From NCBI RefSeq assembly GCF_001194135.2, contig NC_068983.1, forward strand, positions 141,791,686 through 141,855,685: DNA of 64,000 nucleotides, written 5' to 3'. This DNA is from Octopus bimaculoides. Its lineage: Eukaryota. Within the stretch, counting starts at the first letter, position 1, and each line of letters opens with the position of its first letter. The notes beneath the pieces were generated by a model, which searched no databases, was not told the DNA's origin, and saw only the letters and a program-made list of their open reading frames with translations. Positions 26,769 through 39,430 of this stretch are shown piece by piece. Both the position numbers and the translations under genes were made by a program.

Positions 26769-27987
26769 GGGAGGTGCCGAGGTGTTTTCACCGGTCACCA
26801 GTCCTCCGAGTTACGACCAGACTCCAGTTTATCCGGTATATAAGAATCCACCTCCGCGTCCAACTCAGCAAACTATGTCACCTTCCATTGCACCACAACA
26901 ACAACAGTCGATGTACAACAATAACATCAGTAACCAATACCAATCTCCTTTCGATTATTCTTCTGGCTTTCGCTCAATTAGTGATCCTTCAACTCAACCC
27001 AACAGCTACGGATACATTTCACCCGTAACCCCAACGCCGCGTCAGTACTACACAGAACCGACTGATTCCTACCATCACAGCCCTAATGTTTACACTGAAA
27101 GCCGACCCCAATACAGCGACATGAATTCAGTTAACCAAAGAACGACAGACTACATGAACAATGATGTTCGTAACGAACCTTACTCTGTTGCTTCACAGTA
27201 CAAACCATCACCTGCTTCTCCTATGTCGCCTCACTATACCCAACCAAACGATTATGCTTCTTACAACAATCGTGTCGCCGAAGTGAAACCTAATATAGGG
27301 TATCAGTCGAGTGCTTTCACACCAACTTCGGCGGCGCAAAGTGCTTCCTATTTTACAGACAGTCATCCAAATCTCCAGAAATCACCGGTAACTAGTCCTG
27401 TTTACAATGCTCAAGCATTTGCTACAACTTCACCAACGTCTTATAGAGATCCTAGCAGAGATTTTGATGGTAGCTCAAGTCCAGTTCTCCAGAAACCTGT
27501 CTCAGCTGGTATATGTCAACTTAGGGAACGACCCGAAGAAAACCTGTATTGGGCGAAACCTGTCAGTATTACTAGTTCAGCTAAAACACCGGAATACGGT
27601 TCTTCACAAAGTCCAAATATCTACAGTGATATTCACTCCCCAGATATAAGTCGCACGAAGTTTACTGCTCATCCAGAAGATGGATTTAGCCGAGGATATG
27701 CTTCTCCTACCATTATTCAGTGTGGAGAACTACAGTCACCAGTTCGTACTAATTCCTATGTCGAACCTTCGGAAGCTGGGTTTTATGAATGTCAACCGAA
27801 AGCTGTCGCTACAGTACACGAACCGAAGTCTCCGTCTCCTACCAGTCCAATTCATTCACCACTCCCACCTCCACCCCCAACACAAGTACCACCTCCTGTA
27901 GCAGCACCACCACCACCTCCACCACCACCTCCTCCACCACCACCTCCACCACCAATGATGGCACCTAATTGGAGGCCACCGAAAAAG
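26769..27987 (+). CDS. Large Ser/Pro/Tyr-rich coding exon with polyproline tract (same PDZ gene)
   Basis: Lies in the 456-aa ORF 26707-28077. Acceptor ctttgcaag (AG 26767-68), donor AAG|gtatgt at 27988. Its first base G completes the AA left by the PDZ exon (AAG, Lys), giving ...LTIKKGGAEVFSPVTSPPSY...APNWRPPKK. About 406 stop-free codons with normal codon variety, not microsatellite. Confidence 0.88.
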
Positions 27988-30530
27988 GTATGTAATTTTT
28001 TTGCTAATTACTTTATTATTGTTGTTGCTGTTGTGCAAATATGTTCCAGTTATCACTGTCCAGTCTTGTTTGTATAGCAGGGACTATATTGTCCATTTAT
28101 GTTCTTTGTTTGTCTTAGGCGTGATTTGAGGGACATTTGGCTGCTATTACAAGCAAATCGTGTGACAAAATAAAAGTCCTTTCATTGGTTCGTCGTCGTT
28201 GTTGTGGTGGTAGTCAATGTTAGTACTGTTGATAGTTTTAAATCATGCGGTATCAGGTCTATAGAATCCTTCTTAGACAGATGGTGATGAACATCTATAT
28301 TAGTTTCATTATAATCACTAAAATATATTCCTATGTTGCAGCTTCATATAGGAAGACTAACTTGACATTAGTGTTAAATTTCTTTGAGTTCTACATGTTC
28401 TTTAGCAGCTAAATGATCGCTTTGTTTTGGTTAAATCTAGCGTCTTCTCCGGCATTTGAGTCTTGGCCTAACTACTCTGTTTCAACTACCCTATGTCAGT
28501 TATAATTTGTTAATTTCACAATCAATTATACAGTCACCGTCCTCGTTGCAGTATGCGAAATATACTATCCCAATTGCACTGCGTCAAGTACACTCCCCCA
28601 ATTGCAAGTGTCGATTACATTGCCTTTCTCTGTTTCTTCAACAACGTCTATGTCTCTTTGCTTTTCATTTACGCAATTCACTTCAGTGAAATTATCAGCC
28701 CTTTTCGATGTCTTTTTCTTCGACAATTAGGTTAGTGTCCCATAAAAATGTTAATTCTATCTATATGGACGTAGAGACTATCTGCGCCGAAGTGGACAAG
28801 AAACTAAAATTATAATTCAGAGTTTCAGGTGATGGGTTAGTCACATACGATGTAACATTGAGTCAAAGTAGTCCCTAATCTATAGTCTATGAGATAAGAG
28901 AAGAAAGCAGATAAGAAACACTTAATGCTGAAATTATAGGAATGATAGAGTGGGTGTACGTGGAGCCAATGAAAAGAATTGTTCAGAAGAGAGAAATTTG
29001 GAAACTCTTTGGCAGTAGCTTGTGTCCCAGGTGAGGCAGTAATCAGCGAACAATTGGATTTACTGGTATTACTATATAGAATAATCCAGCTATACATCAA
29101 AATGAACAGACAGTACAACCAACAAAGAAGTTTCGATGCGACCAGCTACTTACTAGAAATAAGATTCAAGTCTCAAGAGAGGTTCCCACTTCTGTCTTTA
29201 AAATGAAGAACATATTCGATAGTGCGGCCTTGTCTGAGAAAAAAAACGGAGTAGTCACTGGCTGGTATACCTTTGATTATAGATCACCTGAGTTGACCTT
29301 GGGCTAAAGAAAAGACACCAACAAAGTTAGTTTCCATTACTATAAAACGACAGTGTCTGCCAATGTGTGCGTGAAAAGTCGTAACTAGTCGAGTAGATGA
29401 GATGACAAAGTTTCGATTTCCGTAATGACAAACAAATGAGAAATGAATTACTTTGTTTCGGCAACAGGAAACGAATCTATCTTCCCGGTCAAAAGAAAAA
29501 GCTTAGCATCTATTCTACACTGCTAGATGCACTGAGACTATATGCAATTACGCAGCTGTGCTCAGGGTTGAACCGAAGCTAAAAACAAACAGCAGCAACA
29601 ACAGATTTATTTGAAAGTGAGTTGAAATTTAAAAAAGAGAAAAAAGAAAAGTCTGACTAGAAATTATATCTGAAGAGAATTCGTTGTTATAATAGCAATA
29701 CGAGCTGCTTTTTGTGATAAGATTTTTATGATTAAGTTAGCTTTCATGTAGGCGAGGGGTTGGCAAAATCTTTAACAATTTGGACAAAATGTTTAGTGGT
29801 TTTGGCTTTCTGAGTTCAAATCCTCATCTCGGTTAGCTTAGCCTTTTATTCCTTTGGAGTCAATAATGTCAAGTACTGGAGTCAAACATTACTTGCCTTG
29901 AACCCTCCAACGGACCAGCATCCCGTTCAAAGAGCGTGTTGGGATCTCGGTCACATGTGCACCATGGAAGCCAAGTAACAAGGCCTTTGAGTCCTAGGGC
30001 CCAATTATTTATTTAATTATTTAAGTGTCATGTAATGGTAGTAATTTTGTTGTTGCTGTTTTGACCCAGGTCCGCTCTAATTCAACTGCCAAATGACTGA
30101 AGGTGATCCAATCATGAATAGTCTTTTATTCATACGCAATGTATCTAGGACTACATCATCCAAAGTGCCTCCTTTTTTCATTAAATTGTCCGGTTATGGA
30201 TTTAAGAGAGGTTTAGCTGGTATTATCCCTCGCCACTGTTGTTTAGGTTTATTATGGATGACCAGCAGTTGTCTTTGCAGGTTCGTCTCCTTTTCCACAT
30301 CGTCTCCTTTTTCCACATCGATATTTTCGATATTTTCGATGAGAAAACGAATCCAATACAGCTTCACACCAATGACGTTGCTGATGTTGCCATTCGACCC
30401 TAATTATTCTACCAACTCCCTAACTATCCCACTAGACCGGTTTTTCTTCTCTTCATTTTTTTTTTTTATCAAACTCGAAAGGATGGATAGGAAGAGCATG
30501 TGTATGTGAGNNNNNNNNNNNNNNNNNNNG

Positions 30531-30574
<44 letters not shown>

Positions 30575-30579
30575 TGTGT

Positions 30580-30627
<48 letters not shown>

Positions 30628-31472
30628 CCGTGACGGATACCTTAAATGATAATCAAGACCGTGAATTTTCGGGAAAAGGTACCTGTGATAAGCTAATCCT
30701 CATTTGTAAATCATATGAACTGGGCCAGTGGTTACTTACGATTTGCGAAAAGATTTACATTCTATCACTTCGGACTTCAGTCACTAACAAATGGGAAAGA
30801 AACTCTTCCTTGAAGAAAGACGCCATGAGGAACGTACCACCAGTAAACAGGAAGTTCATACGTTTGTAATTATCTCCCTTAACAAATGCAATTTCGTTTA
30901 GCGTCAAGTTAAAATATACTTTTCTGCAACATATTTTGTTATGCATATATTAACATATATGCTTGTAAGTGCATCTAGACACATAATTAAAGTAGAAATC
31001 TTTTCATAAAAGTCATTATATATATATGTGATAGTAACGTAAATAACTATAGATACATAGAGTGAGATACAGGTAGGAACCGTACACGTACATAGTGTGG
31101 GCGTTCGCGTGTGTGTGTGTATGTGTGTAAATATATACATATATACATATCTCACAGCATCCTGACACAGAAATCTCATCTAAATTTCTTCTTTCCGTCT
31201 CTGTCTTAAACCCATTTTCCCTGTCCTAGCTACATTCTTTCTGAAAGGCGATATTTGCAACTATGAGAAATCCATTCTCCCCACAGCTAATCTGAGCGCA
31301 ACAAAGTGGTTATTATCTAGCTCAAATTCTCTCTTCTCAATTATTCCTATGTCAAATACCAAACGCTTCTGTTTACTCAAAGTCAGTTTCAACCCACTTT
31401 GCATTTACCTCTGTCCTCTCACCCTCCAGTCAACGAGCTACTCAGTGTTGCCAGTTATATACTAACAAACAA

Positions 31473-31517
<45 letters not shown>

Positions 31518-32056
31518 TAGACAGAATGAGAGGTGAGGCTGAAACAACCAGCTAAACATATTTAAAAACAACATACAGACACATAAAAAGATAGATGGAC
31601 AGATTGGTTAAATTTTACTGCAGTCGTTGGAAAGATTAGTACGAGCGCTCATCGTGACTTACCAATGAAGAACATGTTGATTTGCTATGTCTGATATTAG
31701 AGACAAGATCAAAGGTTATCAAAACCGAGAAAAGCAAGCTATATTTCGCCACTATTCAGACGGTGAAGTAAATACGCCTATCAGATAAGCTCAATCTGTT
31801 TTGTCTTGTGATGTATTAACAAAATCTTGTGCTAATACATCTCTAAATACAGAAGATTTTCCACCGATAGAAAGGAACCAATAGACTATTACTATTAAAT
31901 TGTGCAAGACGAGCTTTATATCTTTACATTGAGTCAACGTCTCATATTTATAGAGAAGATAGGAATGTTGTGAAATCCATGCCATTTCCAAAAGTATGAG
32001 CGACATCCAACACGTGTGTGTGTGTGTGTGTGAATGTCTGATTCAGCCATATAGAT

Positions 32057-32150
32057 CGGTGGTTCTTGACCGGGGTCTATTTGGCCTTTGGGGGTCCGTA
32101 TGGCTCTTGGATGTCTATATTGCCCTTAGGGGCCCCATATAAGATTTTAT
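32057..32150 (+). mobile_element. hAT-like MITE left end
   Basis: CGGTGGTTCTTGACCGGGGTC...GGGGGTCC resembles Charlie/MER5-type ends. No second end identified. Confidence 0.4.
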
Positions 32151-32599
32151 TGCTAAAATTTATCTGCAATAAATTGGTTATACTTCTGCAAGATACATTT
32201 GTGCTTTTAGCCTCCACCTTTGGCTGTTTAAAATAGGTATGTATGTATGTATGTATGTATGTACGTATGATAAACTGGGCTTTTAAAACAAAATATGTTT
32301 GAATATTTTCTGTCCATATCCCAATTTTACAACATGTTACAAACATCCTTGATATTGGTCACAAATGAAGGTATTATATTTGCTGCGTCGAAGCGGGGAA
32401 AGCTGAAACTTCCTAAATCCCAAACAAATCACGAAGGCACGTACAATCAAACTTTTCCCCTTTTAAAAATTAATAAATATGAACTCTACTGAAAAGTATT
32501 TAGTGATCCTTCAATTTAACGTGAAATTGTTTTTATATATAACTTTACAAGAAAAGAAATACTAATACACATACGCTCGCGGGCATGCACACGCGTGTG

Positions 32600-32631
<32 letters not shown>

Positions 32632-32993
32632 NNNNNNNNNNNNNNNNNNNNNNNNNNNNNNNNNNNNNNNNNNNNNNNNNNNNNNNNNNNNNNNNNNNNN
32701 NNNNNNNNNNNNNNNNNNNNNNNNNNNNNNNNNNNNNNNNNNNNNNNNNNNNNNNNNNNNNNNNNNNNNNNNNNNNNNNNNNNNNNNNNNNNNNNNNNNN
32801 NNNNNNNNNNNNNNNNNNNNNNNNNNNNNNNNNNNNNNNNNNNNNNNNNNNNNNNNNNNNNNNNNNNNNNNNNNNNNNNNNNNNNNNNNNNNNNNNNNNN
32901 NNNNNNNNNNNNNNNNNNNNNNNNNNNNNNNNNNNNNNNNNNNNNNNNNNNNNNNNNNNNNNNNNNNNNNNNNNNNNNNNNNNNNNNNNNNNN

Positions 32994-33297
32994 AATTAAC
33001 GTGCAAGTGGTTGAGCACTCCACAGACACTTGTACCCTTAACGTAGTTCTCAGGGAGATTCAGCGTGACACAGTGTGACAAGGCTGACCCTTTGAATTAC
33101 AGGCACAGAAAGTAAGAGTGAGAGAAAGTTTGTGGTGAAAGAGTACAGCAGGGTTCGCTACCATCCCCTGTCGGAGCCTCGTGGAGCTTTAGGTGTTTTC
33201 GCTCAATAAACACTCACAACGCCCGGTGTGGGAATCGAAACCGCGATCCTATGACTGCGTATCCGCTGCCCTAACCACTGGGCCATTACGCCTCCAC
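32994..33297 (-). mobile_element. SINE family A, 3' end lost in a gap
   Basis: Reverse complement of the family A head and body. Confidence 0.9.
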
Positions 33298-33657
33298 GGA
33301 CCACAATGTTAAACCAACCAATATTTATTCTACATCTAGATCTCGATGCTCCTTTGTCGCTCTCTCCGTTAGAAATATGAACCAGTGATTGGCCTGTTCT
33401 AAGCCTATTCCCGACGACGGCTTCAAATCCAGCATTTTCGTTATAGTTCTTTGTCTTGAGATTTCACTTTTGTTTAATTTATGTTACATTTTGTTTGTGG
33501 GGTGGGAGTATTCATAGTGTACTAGTACGGCATGGTTTTTTATATATCAAGTACTAAAATTATTATAAAACGTATCTCATGTAACTGCTGCACTACTGTT
33601 GTTTTAATTCTTTTCATTTCTAATGAAGTCCATTTCCTTGTTTTTAGCTTCTTTTTA

Positions 33658-33690
<33 letters not shown>

Positions 33691-34732
33691 NNNNNNNNNN
33701 NNNNNNNNNNNNNNNNNNNNNNNNNNNNNNNNNNNNNNNNNNNNNNNNNNNNNNNNNNNNNNNNNNNNNNNNNNNNNNNNNNNNNNNNNNNNNNNNNNNN
33801 NNNNNNNNNNNNNNNNNNNNNNNNNNNNNNNNNNNNNNNNNNNNNNNNNNNNNNNNNNNNNNNNNNNNNNNNNNNNNNNNNNNNNNNNNNNNNNNNNNNN
33901 NNNNNNNNNNNNNNNNNNNNNNNNNNNNNNNNNNNNNNNNNNNNNNNNNNNNNNNNNNNNNNNNNNNNNNNNNNNNNNNNNNNNNNNNNNNNNNNNNNNN
34001 NNNNNNNNNNNNNNNNNNNNNNNNNNNNNNNNNNNNNNNNNNNNNNNNNNNNNNNNNNNNNNNNNNNNNNNNNNNNNNNNNNNNNNNNNNNNNNNNNNNN
34101 NNNNNNNNNNNNNNNNNNNNNNNNNNNNNNNNNNNNNNNNNNNNNNNNNNNNNNNNNNNNNNNNNNNNNNNNNNNNNNNNNNNNNNNNNNNNNNNNNNNN
34201 NNNNNNNNNNNNNNNNNNNNNNNNNNNNNNNNNNNNNNNNNNNNNNNNNNNNNNNNNNNNNNNNNNNNNNNNNNNNNNNNNNNNNNNNNNNNNNNNNNNN
34301 NNNNNNNNNNNNNNNNNNNNNNNNNNNNNNNNNNNNNNNNNNNNNNNNNNNNNNNNNNNNNNNNNNNNNNNNNNNNNNNNNNNNNNNNNNNNNNNNNNNN
34401 NNNNNNNNNNNNNNNNNNNNNNNNNNNNNNNNNNNNNNNNNNNNNNNNNNNNNNNNNNNNNNNNNNNNNNNNNNNNNNNNNNNNNNNNNNNNNNNNNNNN
34501 NNNNNNNNNNNNNNNNNNNNNNNNNNNNNNNNNNNNNNNNNNNNNNNNNNNNNNNNNNNNNNNNNNNNNNNNNNNNNNNNNNNNNNNNNNNNNNNNNNNN
34601 NNNNNNNNNNNNNNNNNNNNNNNNNNNNNNNNNNNNNNNNNNNNNNNNNNNNNTAATTTATATTTTCATTTTTCTTTAAACCGCTCAGAATTTTTTGCAT
34701 GTATTGGTGTTGTTGTTGTTGTTGTTGTTGTT

Positions 34733-34906
34733 AAGGCGGCGAGCTGGCAGAATCGTTAGCACGCCGGGCAAAATGCTTAGCGGCATTTTGTCCGTCTTTA
34801 CGTTCTGAGTTCAAATTCCGCTGTGGTCGACTATGCCTTTCATTTTTCGGACTTAAATCCTCTCCCAAAATTTCAGGCCTTGTGCCTATAGTAGAAAGGA
34901 TTATTA
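34733..34906 (+). mobile_element. SINE family B (internally deleted); the HINE begins in its TTA tail
   Basis: Family B head and 3' GGCCTTGTGCCTATAGTAGAAAGGATTATT. Confidence 0.88.
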
Positions 34907-35903
34907 TTACCTCCGCCTTCGCTAATGCGGAAGTATTGTTTCAGTCGTGTGTGTTTGTTTGTTTTCCGTGGACAAGATATCTCAAGAACCGCTGAATGAA
35001 TTCGGATAAAACTTTCAGGGATGTTTGGCCTCGTGACTGGCACGAATTGATTAGATTTTGGGATCGATCTGACACCGGACAAGGATTCTGGATTATTTAT
35101 TATATTTACTTTACATGAAGTATTACAATCTTACGTAGACTTTCAAGTCTTTCTTTGATTATCTCCCTTGAAAACACGCTCATGGTTTCCACGTAAGCTA
35201 TGGCGACGTTGCTGTTTCCAAAGTTTTATTTTCATTTTTCTATTATCAATTTTACTCGCATCTCTATCTTAGTAGAAACTGATGGATAAAGAAATCAAAC
35301 TACATAAACAAACGGCAGCAAAACCGTTCAGATATTAAATAACACTAACATATTCAGTAACAATAATAAATTTGATTTATCCTCGACAATTTCTAGTTTT
35401 ACCAATTTTGAATATATCGCTCCTCTTACCTAGTTGACAATTGTATTTCTAGCTCTGTCTTGAAGAAAGGTTTACTTCTTGGACTCACGTTTTTGCGCAC
35501 AACGTATAGGTCCTTTCCGTTTTCTTTCACGCACGGATAAATTTTTCACTATAGACCTTAATGGCCGTAAAGACACTATATCAGTGGATAGACTAAAAGA
35601 GGCATTCATGGAGAAAACTGTTCCTGTTTCCACTACAGACGACACACAAACACAGCACTACAAACACGACCTGCACACCAACCTTCACATTCCATGACTA
35701 CTATTGAGATCGATCAGGTACTGGACAAGGATTCTGGATTATTTTTCCGGTATTTTTGCTTAATTTGGAGATCGATCAGGTTCATTTTTAGAATTCTCGT
35801 TTGTGAGAGCAGTCGAGTTTATTTCAGATATTCTCATTTTAAAAATCATCGTTGAGAGGAAATTGGTGTTGCCTTGGCGGAGGTTTGTGCTCTCTGAGTG
35901 CTC
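34904..35903 (+). mobile_element. Helentron-associated non-autonomous element (HINE/DINE-1-like), composite
   Basis: 5' TTATTACCTCCGCC with local inverted repeat GCGGAAGTA and a GT/GTTT microsatellite. 3' subterminal repeat GGCGGAGGT then a GTGCTC-TCT-GAGTGC hairpin, TT flanks. Internal duplicated GATCGAT..GGACAAGGATTCTGGATTATTT. Confidence 0.65.
35500..35613 (+). pseudogene. Gypsy LTR-retrotransposon integrase C-terminal (GPY/F) fragment
   Basis: QRIGPFRFLSRTDKFFTIDLNGRKDTISVDRLKEAF. Confidence 0.8.
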
Positions 35904-36039
35904 TTATTATTGTCATCATTTTCCCATTGATTTACATTTTATTTCATCTTTTGACCGGGTCTTAACCAGACACCTAAGGCATGTATATATTAGATGGAGA
36001 GAAACTTCCGTAGAATGTAGGCGGTTGATGTCAACACAA

Positions 36040-36480
36040 TTTTTTTGAGTCTCATAGATTGTTGGTTTCCCAGGGATCTGGTCAAAAAATTGTCAATACC
36101 TTTCTTGATCATACCCACAACACCTACGATAACAGGAATGGTTTTGACTTTTAACTGCCACGTCCTAGATATCTAAACCTCAAGGTCCTTATATTTCGAC
36201 AGTTTTCCGAATTCTTTTGCTGAGATCTTTCTGTCAGTAGGCACTGTCATATCAATTAACAGGCATGTTTTTTTGTTTTAAGTTTTTATCATTATTTACC
36301 TGTCTGTATGTATTCCATAATCCCATAGGCTGGTAACATTCTTTCCTTCAGTGACTGGCTCTCGATGGTGTTCATACTAGCTCTAAGAGTGCGCGATATC
36401 ACAGTGACGGCATATTCTCTGGTGCAAGTATTGGCCAACTCGATCATGCCTGTTTTTATAATGTTTAGGAGCAAGGACTG
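36040..36480 (-). pseudogene. R4/Dong-clade LINE restriction-like endonuclease fragment
   Basis: Minus strand CLLIDMTVPTDRKISAKEFGKLSKYKDLEV..W.LKVKTIPVIVGVVGMIKKG. Confidence 0.8.
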
Positions 36481-36528
36481 AGCTCCTTCAAATTTCAGGC
36501 CTTGTGCCTATAGTAGAAAGGATTATTG

Positions 36529-36583
<55 letters not shown>

Positions 36584-37884
36584 GTTTCTATGCCCTTTGA
36601 AATATCAGTGCCTAATGCCAGAGATCTGGACTAAATACATTGCTATATCCTATTTCTGAGTTCAAATCTTCCGAGGAAATCAGGTTTGTACTCAGGTTGA
36701 GTGCTCATTGACACATTTCCGACTTACTTGTAGATTTCCTTATTTAAGAATTCGTAATTTCTTTATACATGCAGTAATTAGGTTAAATAAGTTAAACAAG
36801 TGTTGATATTCGTAGTGGCTTAAATAGACACACAAGTTTCTAATATATCTAAATGTTTGATGTTTGTATGCATGTATGTATGTATGTATGTATGTATGTA
36901 GGTAGGTAGGTAGGTTTGTATCAATGTATAGCATATTTTCTCATGTGTTTCAACCGCCGTTCACATTAGACACATCCAAGTATCTTTGTAAGATATCTCA
37001 TTTTTATCCGTAACCCAAATCGTCAGGGCCAGTTAATATGTCACGTTTTGCGTCTGTAACCGAAACATACAAACTTCTTGATAAAATTCATTTGTAAATA
37101 AGGCTAAGTTCCTGTATCGTGGATAGCAGTTAATTCTAATGTTTCAGTGACAAGGTCACCATTAAATACTTACCAAACTGGTAAATAATATATATCTGCA
37201 TCAGCTAATTTGCTAAAGACAAGATTATTGTTTACGATGCGTTAATGTAAAGATTGCCCGACAATATTAAATAATGGACACTGGAGGCGTTTTTTATGTT
37301 TTCTAGGCGTAATAGCCCACTTCATTTATTTAAACTTGCTGAATTGTTGGAGAATAGGAAGTTGGGAAAGTTATTTGCAGATACATAGCCGCCTATCCAG
37401 AAGAAAACTTGTCTCAGTCAGATTTTTAAATAATACTAAATCTATTGCACAATGGAGAGGTTTCTACGTGTTCGCTTGATCTGCAAGAAATAACAGTCAA
37501 AGCTTCCTCGTCAGTCCATATCTCTTTAAAAAAGAAAGTGCGTATTAGGTTATGAGGTGTTAGATACCACTAAAAAGTTGTGGTCACGGTGGGGATGTTT
37601 TCGATTATAGGGCTACGTAAGTAGTATTTACCTGTGGCTAAATCATAGGAACACTTTTCCTGTTTCCTTTTCTGCCTCAAATTAGTGATTATAATATTTA
37701 ACATATCTTTAAATGCTGTAATAACTGAAAGGATTTATTAATCCTGAATTATAACATCAAAGATTGAAACAGAACACTATTATCTGAAATGGATATCAGC
37801 CGAATATATGATTTTCGCTGATATATTTAGGAATTACCCAGGAACTGAGATAGTTATGGTTGTTGTCAATTTATTTTCTAAGGG

Positions 37885-38276
37885 GAGTGGAGGCACAATG
37901 GTCCAGTGGTTAGGGCAGCAGACTCGCGGTCATAAGATTGCGGTTTCGATTCCCAGACCGGGCGTTGAGAGTGTTTATTGAGCGAAAACACCTAAGGCTC
38001 TACGAGGCTCCGGCAGGGGATGGTGGCGAACCCTGCTGTACTCTTCCACCACAACTTTCTCTCACTCTTACTTCCTGTTTCTGTTGTGCCTGTAATTCAA
38101 AGGGTCAGCCTTGTCACACTGTGTCACGCTGAATATCCCCGAGAACTACGTTAAGGGTACACTTGTCGGTGGAGTGCTCAGCCACTTGCACGTTAATTTC
38201 ACGAGCAGGCTGTTCCGTTGATCGGATCAACTGGAACCCTCGACGTCGTAAGCGACGGAGTGCCAACAACAACAAC
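37885..38276 (+). mobile_element. SINE family A, full length
   Basis: Near-identical to the 22.5 kb copy. 12-bp TSD ATTTTCTAAGGG (37873-84, 38277-88). Confidence 0.92.
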
Positions 38277-39386
38277 ATTTTCTAAGGGATAATACGATTA
38301 TCTGAAGTGAAATATTCTGTTGTCACCAATGTTATTATTGTTTGCATCATTAAAGACGAACATAACTTTCAATAAGTTGTTGATTGACCTGAGGGTTCGC
38401 CTTCATGAATATGATTGCTGGTGCCTCTCAGCGGTGACTCAATTAAGGATCATGTCACAGATAATGCCGATTTTGTTTTTAGTTTTCGTGATAATTATGC
38501 ACAGAGTTGCCAATATAGTTGTCTTTATATGTTACCAGCATCCAATAGCAACGAGCCCCAATATTCCTTCTATCGCACTGTCCTCTCTCTTCTTCTTCTT
38601 CTTCTTCTTCTTCTTCTTCTTCTTCTTCTTCTTCTTCTTCTTCTTCTTCTTCTTCTTCTTCTTCTTCTTCTTCCTTTCCCTTGTTTCCTCCAAGATTCTT
38701 TTGTCGTACAGCAATGCTTACCTGTGAAAACTTCAATAATAAAAAGTTTAAACCTCTAACGCAGTAAAGCATATTTTCAGTAGGTAATGAACTTCAACTA
38801 TGAACATTTTCAATAACTTAATGATAATTTAAATTCATGCCAGAAATCAATATTAATAACTTTCAACTACTTAAAATATTGTGGGGAAAAAGAAGACAGT
38901 ATTTTTGATAGAAATTTCAGAAATGATATCATTACAATATTGAGACTTATTTTATCGATGGTTAGAATTAGCTGAGTTGACACATGGAATTTTATCTCAG
39001 AAATGAGAGAAAAAAACGAACTAAATACTATAAACCATTCAGTCCGGCACTTCTAATGTTGTATTTCTCCTCTGCCATACTAAATGTATATCAATAATTT
39101 GATTACTTCCTTTCGAAAGATCGATCCTATCTTCCATTTCTTTTTGGATCGATGCTACAGTATCAACAATGGAGGATTAAACTTTATTCTTTCCTGAATA
39201 AAAAAGAAAATAAACTTATACAAGCATAGGAAAGCAATAATAACAGTATATGACTTAAAAACGGAGTCACTATGCAGCAGTCAACGACTTGTTAGAAATA
39301 ATCCAAGGTCTTAAGACTGTTCATTTCTCCTGGAATTTTAAACGAGGTATGATCGTGTTTTCAATTATGTTTCAACAAAAACCAGT

Positions 39387-39430
<44 letters not shown>

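Noticed and set aside
27988-28077. Hydrophobic C-terminal extension of the 456-aa ORF, and its 5' part 26707-26768
   Set aside because: Both lie beyond strong splice sites and are AT-rich. Treated as intron read-through; nothing supports intron retention.
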